Made by a program: the position numbers and the translations under genes
Shown: piece after piece, positions 27,501 through 39,100 of the stretch
Layout of the letters: each line of letters opens with the position of its first letter
Numbering within the stretch: position 1 is the first letter of the stretch
Assembly (NCBI GenBank): GCA_002104905.1
Contig: MCFE01000150.1
Location: forward strand, 62,001 to 126,000
From: Basidiobolus meristosporus CBS 931.73
Lineage: Eukaryota > Fungi > Basidiobolomycota
DNA length: 64,000 bases
Reading direction: 5' to 3'
Notes under the pieces: generated by a model
Told to the model about the DNA's origin: nothing
What the model saw: only the letters and a program-made list of their open reading frames with translations
Databases searched by the model: none

Positions 27501-29830
27501 CCATCCCTACCATTTCCATACCATATATGGTATCCCTATGTTACACAAGTTTTAAAGTACTGATTCCTGATCAGTTGGATGTGCTGTTCCTCTTAGAACC
27601 TTCTGGCATCTATTTAAGATACTTGTAGCTCATTATGAGGTGATGAAGATTTCTACTGATCTTTGGAGCCTTCTGGAACACCATGATTAATAATCACTTA
27701 GCCAGTGAGAAAAGTATATGAGGGAGGCAATCCCTCAGCAATAAATCATCATCTGTTTTATCAATATACTGACTTGTTGATTAGTATGATCACTGCTACC
27801 TGCAGCTACCTGAACTTCCTGCCCCCAACCACAGGACACTCCCAGGAAACTGCACTGACAGCCAACTGACCTTGGAGGCACTACTTGTGAGGAATACTCA
27901 GGGTAGGTATCTTTTATTATATCTTATTCTTTCCCAAGTTTGTTCCTGCACAGGCAAAGATATTTTTCTGTCTTTGTAACTATTGACCACAGCTGCATTC
28001 TTATCAAGTCCCTGCTAGTGGAGTTTACAGTTGTTTTGACTTTGGAAGCCTTAGTACATTGTAATCTCAAAGGATGCTGAGCCCAACACATACTTTTGTT
28101 AAGACACCAACTAAGTTGGGGATTGTAGCTTAATAGTTTTCCCTTGACAAACTTGTGGCTTTATTCCCCATCACATTAGATTAGGGATGGAATTCAAGTA
28201 CTCCTAGCAAGCTTTTGCCAGATGTTATTGCACCCAGTGAACACCCCACACATAAAACACTTGAGAAGTGTTGGATGTATATCTCCCTTGGACCTATATA
28301 CCACCACAATGCATTGGTGTTTCTTCATTTAAGTTACCAATATTGGCTTCCAGATATGAAGGACTATAAGTCAGCTTGTAAAGATTCTAATCTCTGATAC
28401 CCAGAGCAATATGGCACCATTTTAATCTGTGATCCTGCATTCAGAATTGTCAAAGTGGAAACTGAGTCCTTATGTGGTGGCCTTGCTTCCAGATAGTAGG
28501 TTCTTGGCTATTTCTGGTACAAAGAGTACTTCTTTAAAGGTCAGTGTATGGTTTCCTTCACTCTTGCTAAGGTTTACTTGGATAGTTCCTTCTGCCACTG
28601 CATCAAGTGTTCTCTTGTCACCCATGAAAACCTTCTTAATTGGAATTTCCTGATATTGAGTATAAAGTTCTTTTTGCATACAAAGTGTTGAGATGCTCCA
28701 GAGTCAATGTACCCCATCTGAGAATCCTTGTTTGTAGTTATATTTAGGTCAGATGTGAATGGTCTATCTTCAGTTGTTGCAGCCTCTCCATATTCAAGCT
28801 TTTTCTGCTGAATATATCTCTTTTTGAGGGACTGGTTGGACGTGTGTCCTTCCTTTTTCAGTATATATAAAATAGGTTGCTATTACATTTGAAAGGTCTT
28901 TGGTATCTTCTTTGTTGGTTATCATTGCTTTTTAAAGTACTTTCTTCTTCCTTCTTGTTGGTGCTTGATTTTCTTAAATCTTCATCAGGAGCCTTCCATA
29001 TACATAATTTAAGGTCATATCTTCAGTTCTGGACTATTGGGTTGCTACAAGGCCCTGAAATATGACTATCACATTATTCTGGATGGTAAATATCTCATCC
29101 TCATCAGTAGTTGATCCACCAACAGAATCCATCTCATCTGCCAGCAGGGTAGTTATACTAATATGATTTTTCATTTCTTCTCCTGGCGGCATCTTTGTAG
29201 CAAAGAATTTTCATCTTATACATTTTCTTAGCAGCTGAGCATGCCTGGTGGGTGACTTCTAGTGCCTTCCAGGCATTTTTTGCGGTTTTTGCTCTTGACC
29301 ACTGAATTAGCAATTTGCCTTTAACATTAAGGCAAATGCAGTTAGAGGCACTTTGTGCATTCCTCTGGTACTTCAAGGCTTCCTCTCCCACATTTTTAGC
29401 AGGGCATTCTTCTCCCCTGATAATATCCCAAAGGCCTCTTTCTTGTAGCAGCATCTTCATATTCACCTTCCACACTTGGTGCTTCAATCCATCTAGCTTT
29501 TCAGTAGAAGGGAAAATTCCCGTACAAGCAGTAGTAGACATTGCAGGGAGTGACAGCTTAGGGCATATAATCTGCTGTAAGAGTGTTGGAGGTATTGGAA
29601 GTGATTGGGAGGATAAGTAGATTATGTGGTTTTCACTTAATGATTTATTGAATGTAAAAGTAGTATTTATACTTTTACCTGGTCTTGGCATAGCAAACAC
29701 GTAGAATAGATTAAGGAAGGTCCTAAGAACATGTGTCCAAAGTTGAGTCTGTTTGGACAACTTTGCAAATTTTCATGTTCTGGGTACCAGGTATTTTGGT
29801 GCAAATATTCCAAGTAAATCCCAACAAGAA
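24505..29830 (-). mobile_element. Ty1/Copia F0, degenerate, both LTRs truncated
   Basis: Gag (29158-29560), integrase SDKGGEY (26693-26953), RT (24979-26016); decayed PBS GATTATATGCCC at 29561-29572; PPT and LTR start at ~24530. Confidence 0.88.
27251..28308 (+). mobile_element. Solo LTR family A (older copy)
   Basis: TGTAG...CCACA, 1058 bp, perfect 4-bp TSD ATGC. Confidence 0.92.
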
Positions 29831-29832
29831 AT

Positions 29833-32800
29833 TGTTCTAAAAATTTGTATTTCCACATGTATATTCACCTAACTTAGTCACTAAGATCATCACCTTCAAA
29901 TCCTAGAGAATACTGACTAAAGCTCCTTGTTGGGATTTACTTAGAATATTTTCACCAAAACACCAGGTACCCAGAACATGAAATTTTTCAAGTTGTCCAA
30001 ACAGCCCCAAACCTTGCACACATGTTCTTAGGAACTTCCTTAATCTATTCTACATGTTTGTTATGCCAAGACCAGGTAAAAGTATAAATATTATGTTTAC
30101 ATCCAATAAATCATTAAGTGAAACCACATAATCTACTTGTTCCCCAAATCACTTCCAATATCTCCAAAACTCTTACAGCTGGTTATGAGCCCCAAGCTGT
30201 CACTCTCTGCAATGTCTACTACTGCTATTACTGGATTTTTCCCTCTGCTGAAAAGTTGGATGGATCTAACAACCAAGTGTGGAAGGTGAAGATAAAGATG
30301 CTGCTACAAGAAAGAGGCCTTTGGGATATTTTCATGGGAGAAGAATGCCCTCCTAAAAATGTAGGAGAGGATGCCTTGAAGTACCAGATGAAAGAACAAA
30401 GTGCCTTTAACTGCATTTGCCTTAATGTTAAGGACATATTGCTAATTCAATGCTCAAGAGCAAAAATGACAAAGAATGCCTGGAAGGCATTAGAAGACAC
30501 CTTCCCATCATGTTCAGCTGCCAAGAAAATGTATCTGAGACAAAAATTCCTTACTACAAAGATGCTACCAGGAGAAGAAATGAAAAATCTAATTAACAGA
30601 ATTACCCTGCTGGTAGATGAGATGGAATCTGTGGGTGTACCAACTACTGATGAGGATGTGATAGTTACCATCCTGAATAGCCTGACAGACAAGTTTCAGG
30701 GCCTTGTATCAGCCCCAGAGTCCAGAACTGAAGATTTAACATTTAATTACATATATGGAAGGCTCCTGGATGAAGAATAAAGAGAATCAAGCGCCAATAA
30801 GAAGGAAGACAAAAATGCTTTAATAAGCAATGAAACCAGCAAAGGAGGTACCCAAGACCCTACAAAGGCAACAGCAACCTATTTTGTAACTACTGTAAAA
30901 GGAAAGGACACACATCAGACCAGTGTCTCAAAAAGAAAGATAATCAGCAAAAGAAGCCTAAATATGGAAAGGCTACAACAACTGAAGATAGACTATTCAT
31001 ATCTGCACTAAATATGACCACAAACAAGGATTCTCAGATGTGGTATATTGACTCTGGAGCATCTCAACACTTTACACACCAAAAAGAACTTTTTACCCAA
31101 TATCAAGAAATTCCAATTAAGAAGGTTTTCATGGGTAACATTAGAACACCTGATGCAGTGGGAGAAAGAACTATCCAAGTAAACCTTAGAGGCAGTGAAG
31201 GAAGCCTTACACTGACTTTCAAAGAAGTACTCTATGTATCAGAAATAGCCAAGAACCTACTCTCTGTAAGCAAGGCCACAGCAGAAGGACTCAGTTTCAG
31301 ATTTGACAATTCTGGATGCAGGATCACTGAGCAAAATGGTGCCCATATTGCTTTGGGCATCAGAGATCAGAATCTATACCAGTTGACTTATATTCCATCA
31401 TATCTGGAAGCCAATATAAGTGACTTAAATAAAGAAACACCAATGCTTTGGCATAGGATATTTGGACACATCAATTTTGATAATTTGAGTAAAATGATCA
31501 AAGATCAGCTAATTTCTGGAGTGAAAATTGATCCCCCAGCTAATATGGAGCACTGTGAAGCCTGCATATATGGTAAACAAGCCAGACAACCATTCAAGAG
31601 CTCTGGGTTAATCAAAACTAAGGAAAAATTAGATCTAATTCACTCAGATCTGTGTGGACCTATGCCAAATTTATCCTTAGGCAGGATGAAGTATTTAATC
31701 ACCTTTATTGATTATTATACAAGATACACATGAGTCTACTTCATGGAGAGAAGGCAATAAGCTCTGTCTAGGTTCAGGGAACTCAAAGCCATGGTGGAGA
31801 GAGAAACTGGTGGAAAAATCAAGAAAACACACTCTGACAATGGTAGAGAATATTCCTCAAAACTCTTCATCCACTTCTGCAAAATTCATGGGATAAAGCA
31901 AGAGACTCCTGTACCATACTCCCCACAGCAAAATGGAGTATCAAAACGTGCTAACAGAGCAATAATTCATATGGCAAGATCTATGATCCATGATAAAAAA
32001 TTATTCTATGATTTTGGGCAGAATCAGTTGCCACTGCTGTATACCGTAAAAATAGGAGTTTTAAGAGAATACTTTGTGATTCTACTCCATATGAAACATT
32101 GCATGGATACAGACTAAGTGCAGAACATCTAAGAATATTTGGGTGTACAGCATATACCAAAAAACTGGCTGGAAATCTGTCAAAATTTGAGCCAAAAAGT
32201 GTAAATGCATATTTTTGGGCTACTGCAATGAGAGTAAGGCATACAGACTCTACAATACCAAAGCAAAGAAGCTGATCAAGTCCAGGGATGTGTTGTTTGA
32301 TGAAAATTCCAAATATTCACAAAAAATGACATCAGATGATGACAAAAATTTAATCTCAAATCCACCAATTGTCAGGATAGAGTCAGAACAAAACAATGCT
32401 AATTTTTTCACTCCAGAGGACTCTGCAACTGTTGTTCAGCCAGAATCAGTGCCCAGGAATATCCCAGAAGTGCTCATTCCAGTATCAAATACCCAGAGAT
32501 CCAATTGGAGAAGAAATAGCCCAAATTATTATATCAATGAGGGTTCAAACTTAGCCTATGCCTATTCAGTCCATGTTGATGAACCCCAGACTGTAAAAGA
32601 GGCCCTAAATAGCCCTCAGACAAAGTCTTGGAGATCTGCAATGACTGAGGAATATCAGGCCCTGATGGAAAATTAAACTTGGGACTTAGTCAAATTACCA
32701 ATCAACCAAAAATCAATTGGATGCTGATGGGTCTTCAAGACCAAATACATGGCTGATGGTAAAGTTTAAAGATACAAAGCAAGGCTTGTAGCCAAAGGAT

Positions 32801-34280
32801 AGTCTCAAACAAAAGGACTTGACTATACTGAGACCTTTGCACCGGTAGCCAAGTTTAATTCCATCAGATTAATATTGGCTATTGCAGCCAAATATAAGTT
32901 TTTTATTCATTAAATGGATGTAAAATCTGTATTCTGGAATGAAGAACTTAATGAGGCCATATATATGGACCAGCCTTATGGGCTTTTTGACCAAGATAAC
33001 CCCCATTTGGTCTGCAAGCTTAAAAAGTCACTCTATGGTCTCAAACAATCACCAAGAGCCTGGAATTGCAAGATAGATTCTTATTTGGAATCTTTGAGTT
33101 TCAAAAGAAGTTATGCTGACTATAGTATATACTATAAGCCGGATAGAGCAAATCCAGTTCTACTAGCTCTATATGTGGATGATCTTATTATAGCCACCAA
33201 TAACCTAGAAACATTTGAAGAGACTAAGTCCAGCCTATCTAAGGAGTTCAAGATGTCCAATCTAGGAGAACTTAGTTACTACTTAGGGGTTAAATTCTCC
33301 ATAGACAAAAGTACCCAGACTATCACCCTAAGTCAATCCAAGTATATTCAAAATATACTAAAGAAATATAAAATGGACAACTGTAAACCAGCAGCTACCT
33401 CAATGGAGACAAACCTTAACTTAGTCAAAACTCAACCAAATCAAGCAAGCTTGGAGCCATCTGAAAGCCCTGACTTTCATTATCAATTCATGGTCAGCAG
33501 TCTGATGTATATCATGCTTGGAACACGTCCAGATATCTCATATTCAGTGGGAGTTGTCAGTCAACATAATCAGAGCTATGGATCTGATCATGTTGCAGCA
33601 GTTAAGTGGATTTTTAGATACCTAAAAGGAACTGCTGATATCTGCTTAAGATGTACCTATAAGGATGCAGAACAGGATCTTGTGGGATACTCTGATGCTG
33701 ATTAGGGACAAAATTTGGAAGACAGACAATCCACCACAGGATACACCTTTCTTTACTGTAAAGGCGCAATTTCATGGAATTCAAGAAAGCAAACAACTGT
33801 AGCACTTTCTACCACAGAGGCAGAGTAAATGGCAGCCTGTGAAGCTACAAAAGAAGCAATGTTGCTAAGAAAGCTTTTCACAGATTTAGGCCTATGTCAA
33901 AAAATGGCTATTACTTTATTTCAAGATAATCAAGGATGTATACAATTAGGTAGAAATCCAACTTTTTATGCAAGAACCAAGCACATAGATATCAGATATC
34001 ATTTCATATGTGAAGCTATAGAAAAAACTTATTTAGCTTAGTTTACTGTCCTACAGATGAAATGATTGCAGACATTTACCAAGCCATTAGCTAGAGACAA
34101 GTTTGAATATTGTAGGTCAAAATTAGGACTAGTCAGTGTTTACATTTGGCTGAGTGAGAGTGCTGTAAAAATCCAAAATTCCACTTAAATCTTCACCTAA
34201 CTTAGTCACTTAGATCATCACCTTCAAATCCTAGAGAATAATGACCAAAACTCCTTGTTGGGATTTACTTAGAATATTTT
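29833..34280 (+). mobile_element. Ty1/Copia F1; 5' LTR 29833-30180; 3' LTR is the shared split LTR (34161-34280 + 47367-47595)
   Basis: PBS GGTTATGAGCCC at 30181-30192; gag, WYIDSGAS protease, integrase, RT LYVDD and RNase H in Copia order; stops and frameshift. Confidence 0.92.
30181..30192 (+). promoter_or_regulatory. Copia PBS complementary to the initiator tRNA-Met anticodon arm (half-tRNA priming); second copy at 47596-47607
   Basis: GGTTATGAGCCC is the reverse complement of GGGCUCAUAACC in tRNA-iMet, as used by copia/Ty5-type elements. Confidence 0.85.
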
Positions 34281-35207
34281 TGTCATGATCACATGACAAC
34301 TATGAACACCCATGCCAAGTTTCAGCTTCCTAGCTCAATTTCTAAGAGATTCCTTCTGGAACCTTCTACCACCTTCCAGAAAGTTCCTGACCATTGCAAA
34401 CCATTGTTACACAATGGAACATTCCATGGAAGCTTTCCATTGTATTTTTCATAGTCCAGTACCATATATGGAAATACCAGGTCACATGACTTAGTCACAT
34501 GATCTGGTGACCCAATCCATTTCCCCCTCCTGTCTCAGTGCCGTGTCATCTATGTCATTATCCCCAGCACCATTGCTGTGCCTCACCCCACAACCCCATT
34601 AGTATTAGCTAATATCTCTTGGCATCAGTATAGCCAAAAAGTATATATAGTCCTATCCCCCCTTAAGTATTCCTCAGTCTGATAAACACAGGTCTTGAAT
34701 TAACAGCCTTGCCTTGAATCCTGTCTTGCCTTGATGGTCCACACCAAAGTCCTTTCCTGCTGTGCCTAGCTCTTCCTCCTGCCTTGTGTCTATTCATAAC
34801 AGTTTTATCAGACTCTCCTGACTTACCTGTGGATCCCTGCCTTCTGCCCAAAGTTTGAAGAAAACTTGTAAAAGGAATACTCACCGTAAGTATCACCCAT
34901 CATCTTTCTCTAGTCTTGTCCTATAAAGGCAAAGATACTTTATCTTTGTAAAACTATTGGTCAAAGCTGCATTCACTTTATTACCCTGCTGGTGGAGTTT
35001 ACAGTTGTTACAGTATTGGAAGCTTTAGTACAATACTCTATCAAAGGATGTTGAAACCAGTACCTTCTGAAGCAATGCTAACTTATTTAAGTTGGGGATT
35101 GTGGCTCCATAGTTGTATTCTTGACATACTAGTGGCTTTACAAACCCACAATCTAGTTTAGTATATTCCAGTATTCCTTGCAAGTTCATCCGCCTTCCTC
35201 AGCTACC

Positions 35208-36140
35208 ATGTCCAACCTAGCGCTGAACTTTGCCCAGCTCATGGCTGCCTTTACCCAACTGCAGCAAGACCATGCAGACCTCAGAAGCACTCTTGCTCAG
35301 TTCCAGAACCAAAGTGTCCAACAAACTAGCCATGTCCCAGTCTACCAAGAACCCAAGTATACTCCTGCTACCAAGTTCAATGGCTCTCAGAATGAATTCT
35401 GTGGCTTCATCAACATGGTGAAGAACAATCTTGCACTCCAGCCCAACCAGTACCCCACTGACCAGGCCAAAGTTGGTTTCATCTCCAACCTGCTTACTGG
35501 TACAGCTCTCAAGTGGTTCTCCCCATTAGTGGAGACCAACTCTCCCCTCCTCAGAGACTACCAAGCTTTTCTCACTGAAATGGAGCTAACATTTGGTAAC
35601 CTTGACCAAGCCAGAACTGCTGCCAACAAGATCAAGACCCTCAAACAAGGGAACAAACCAGCATCAGTCTATGCCTCTGAATTCTGACAACTCTCCAGTG
35701 ACCTCAGCTCCTGGGGTCAAGCAGCCTTGATAAGCCAATTCCAAGATGGCCTTAATGATGAAGTTTGTGATCTGCTACTCACACTCCCAGATCCAGATAC
35801 ATTGGTTGAAGCTATGCACCAAGCAATCCGGTGTGATAACAGACTATTCCAGAAGAAGCAAAAGAACCGTCAAAGACACATTCCTGTTGCAGTCCCAGCC
35901 CCTCCTGCTCCCCAAGTCACTCCAGAAGATCCTATGCAGATTGATAGTGCCAAATACAAGAAACTATCAAAGAGTGAAAAGTCCAGACGTCAACAAGCCA
36001 GCCTCTGTCTATACTGTGGCCAACCAGGTCACTTTGCCAAGTCCTGCCCCAACAAGAAGTCCAGCTTCAAGCTGATGCAGTCCTCCAGCAACCAACCTGA
36101 TTCAGATCTGCTGGGAAACTCCAATGTCCAGTTGCACTGA
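35208..36140 (+). pseudogene. Gag of Gypsy B (one in-frame stop at 35685)
   Basis: Retrotrans_gag-like core and CCHC knuckle; CGA>TGA-type stop. Confidence 0.85.
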
Positions 36141-36157
36141 CAGGCTTGCAACTGGAC
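36113..36157 (+). promoter_or_regulatory. -1 ribosomal frameshift signal of Gypsy B
   Basis: G GGA AAC slippery heptamer in the gag frame, 6-nt spacer, perfect 11-bp stem (36126-36136 / 36147-36157); pol is open in the -1 frame. Confidence 0.85.
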
Positions 36158-39100
36158 CCACCCATGAAAATCCAGCATATCCAAGAATCTTCCTTTGCCA
36201 CAAAATCTATCCAGTCCTTGAGAGTGCCTGTCAAAATCCAGATCCCTGACTCCAGTCCTGTCCCAGCCCTAGCCCTGATTGATTCTGGTGCTTCATCCTG
36301 TTTCATTGACCAAGCCTTTGTCCAGAAGCACTCTATTCCTGTTACCTTGAAATCCTGTCCAGTCCAAGTAGAAGTTATTGATGGAAGATCACTCTCCTCT
36401 GGTGCCGTTACCCATGAAACATGCTTACTCCAGCTGTCCAGTACTGCCCACCAAGAAAGAATCGCCTTCAACATCATCAACTCACCACACTATCCTATTG
36501 TGCTTGGAAGCTCATGGTTGAGCTACCACAATCCAAGTATTGATTGGAAATCCAAGATCCTGTCATTCACCAGATCCCACCAAGTCAACTCCATGAAATC
36601 TCCAGACCCTGATAACCATGAAAAGTAGGTTGCCAATAGTTGAACAGCCCAAGATACCTTGCCAGCTGAAGGAGCCCCCTCAGCAACTATACCAGCCAAG
36701 TATCAAGAGTTTGCCCATGTCTTTGACAAGAAGAAAGCAGAACTCCTCCCTGACCATTGGCCTTATGACTGCCCTATTGACCTTGAAGATGGAAAAGTCC
36801 CTCTATTTGGCCCAATATATAACCTTGCCCAGCCGGAGTTGCAAGAACTCTATGGTTATATTCAAGAGAACCTCCAGAAGGGTTTTATTCAGCACTCCAA
36901 ATCACCTGCTGGAGCCCCAATCCTCTTTGTCAAGAAGAAGGATGGCACCCTCAGAATGTGTGTGAACTACTGTGCTTTGAATATGATTACAGTCAAGAAC
37001 CGCTACCCCCTGCCCCTGATCAACACACTGTTGGATCAGCTATCTGCTGCCCAAGTCTTCACCAAGATAGACTTGAGAGGAGCTTACAATCTTGTCAGAA
37101 TCAAGCCTGGTGATGAATGGAAAACTGCCTTTTGCACAAGATATGGTCACTTTGAGTACAAAGTAATGCCATTTGGCCTCACCAATGCCCCTGCTGTGTT
37201 TCAACACCTCATGAATGACATATTCCATGAATACCTTGACCAGTTTGTGGTAATCTACCTTGATGATATTCTCATAGACTCCAAGAGCCAAGATGAACAT
37301 GATGAACATGTCAAGAAAGTATTGAGAAAACAAGACTCTGCCGGTCTCTATGCCAAGCTAGAGAAGTGTGAATTTGACCAGAGAGAAGTGGAATTTCTTG
37401 GTTACCTCATCAGCCCTGAGGGAACAAGAATTGACCCAAAGAAAGTTGACTCAGTCCAATCCTGGAAAACTCCAAGCTCAGTCAAGGAAGTACAATCCTT
37501 CCTGGGATTTGCCAACTTCTATTGCAGGTTCATAGCCAACTACTCCAAGATAGTCACCCCTCTGACAAAGCTTACCCAGAAGAATACACCTTTTGCCTGG
37601 AATGAGGAGCAATCCACCTCATTCAACCAACTCAAGAAATCTTTCCTGAAGGCCCCCCTGCTTGCCCACCCTGACCTTGAGAAGCAATTCATAGTGGAGA
37701 CTGATGCTTCTGATTTTGCCCTTGGTGCCATACTCTCCCAGTATGATGAGGACAATGTGTTGCACCCCATTGCATTCTACTCTCGGAAGTTTTCCCCTGC
37801 AGAGATCAACTATGATATCTATGATAAGGAGTTGCGTGCCATCATTGTAGCCTATGAGCAATAGAGACACTACCTGGATGGTGCAAAACACAAAATCCTA
37901 GTCTTCTGTGACCATAAGAACCTTGAGTACTTTGCAACTTCCAAAGTACTAAACCGGAGACAAGCTAGATGGTCACTCTTCCTGTCCAGCTTTGACTTTA
38001 CTATCATCTATAGACCTGGTGCAAAGCAAGGAAAGCCTGATGCCCTGTCCAGAAAAAAGGAATATGCCCTGGAAGAGGGAGATGATGCCTGTAGGCAAAT
38101 GGAACACCCATTGCTGAGCAAGAAACATTTTGAGATTCTTGCCACCCAGTCCTCAAGTCTTGTCATCCCTTCATTCCTAGTAGGGATATCAGAATCCCAA
38201 GCCTCTGATATGACTTCCAGCACCGTCAAGAAATATCTGGAATCCCCAGTTGGGCCCCCTCCCAAGTTCCCAAACATTCAGAACCTGCATTTGGTTAACA
38301 ACCTCATCTACCACAAGCAGCAGCTTTATGTCCCAGACCTTGCCACCCAGCTAGACATCATTAAGTCTTGGCATGATTCAATGGCAGCAGGCCACTTTGG
38401 TACTGCCAAAACCTTGAATGCTATCAAAAGAGATTTCTGGTGGCCTAGAATGATAACTCTTATCAAAGAGTACATTCTGACTTGTGATATTTGCAACCGT
38501 GCAAAACCAGCCAGACACCAGCCCTATGGACTTCTTCAGCCCTTGCCCATCCCCAAACACCAATGGAGATCTATATCTATGGACTTCATTACTGACCTCC
38601 CTGAGTCATGTGGCTTCAATGCTATACTTGTAGTGGCTGACTAGGTGACCAAGATGGCTCACTTTATCCCTTACTGTAAGAACACTGATGCAAAAGAAAC
38701 TGCTGCATTAGTCCTGAAGAATATTTTCCGCCTTCATGGTATCCCCAGTGATATTGTGTCAGATAGAGGCCCACAGTTTGTGTCCAAGTTTTGGAAACAC
38801 TTCATGCAATACCTTGGTGTTCAAGTCAAGCTCTCTACTGCCTTCCATCCACAGTCTGATGGCCAGACTGAAGGAATCAACCAGATTCTAGAGCAATACC
38901 TCCGGTGCTATATCAATTACCAGCAATACAATTGGGTTGATCTACTCCCTGTTGCTGAGTTTGCCTACAACAACTCAAGCCATAGTGCAACCGGTTTTAC
39001 ACCATTCTATGCAAACTATGGATTCCACCCTCAGTTTGATATCCAGATTCCAACAAACCCAATGAGCCCACATGCAGCTGAACATGCCAAAGCAATCCAG

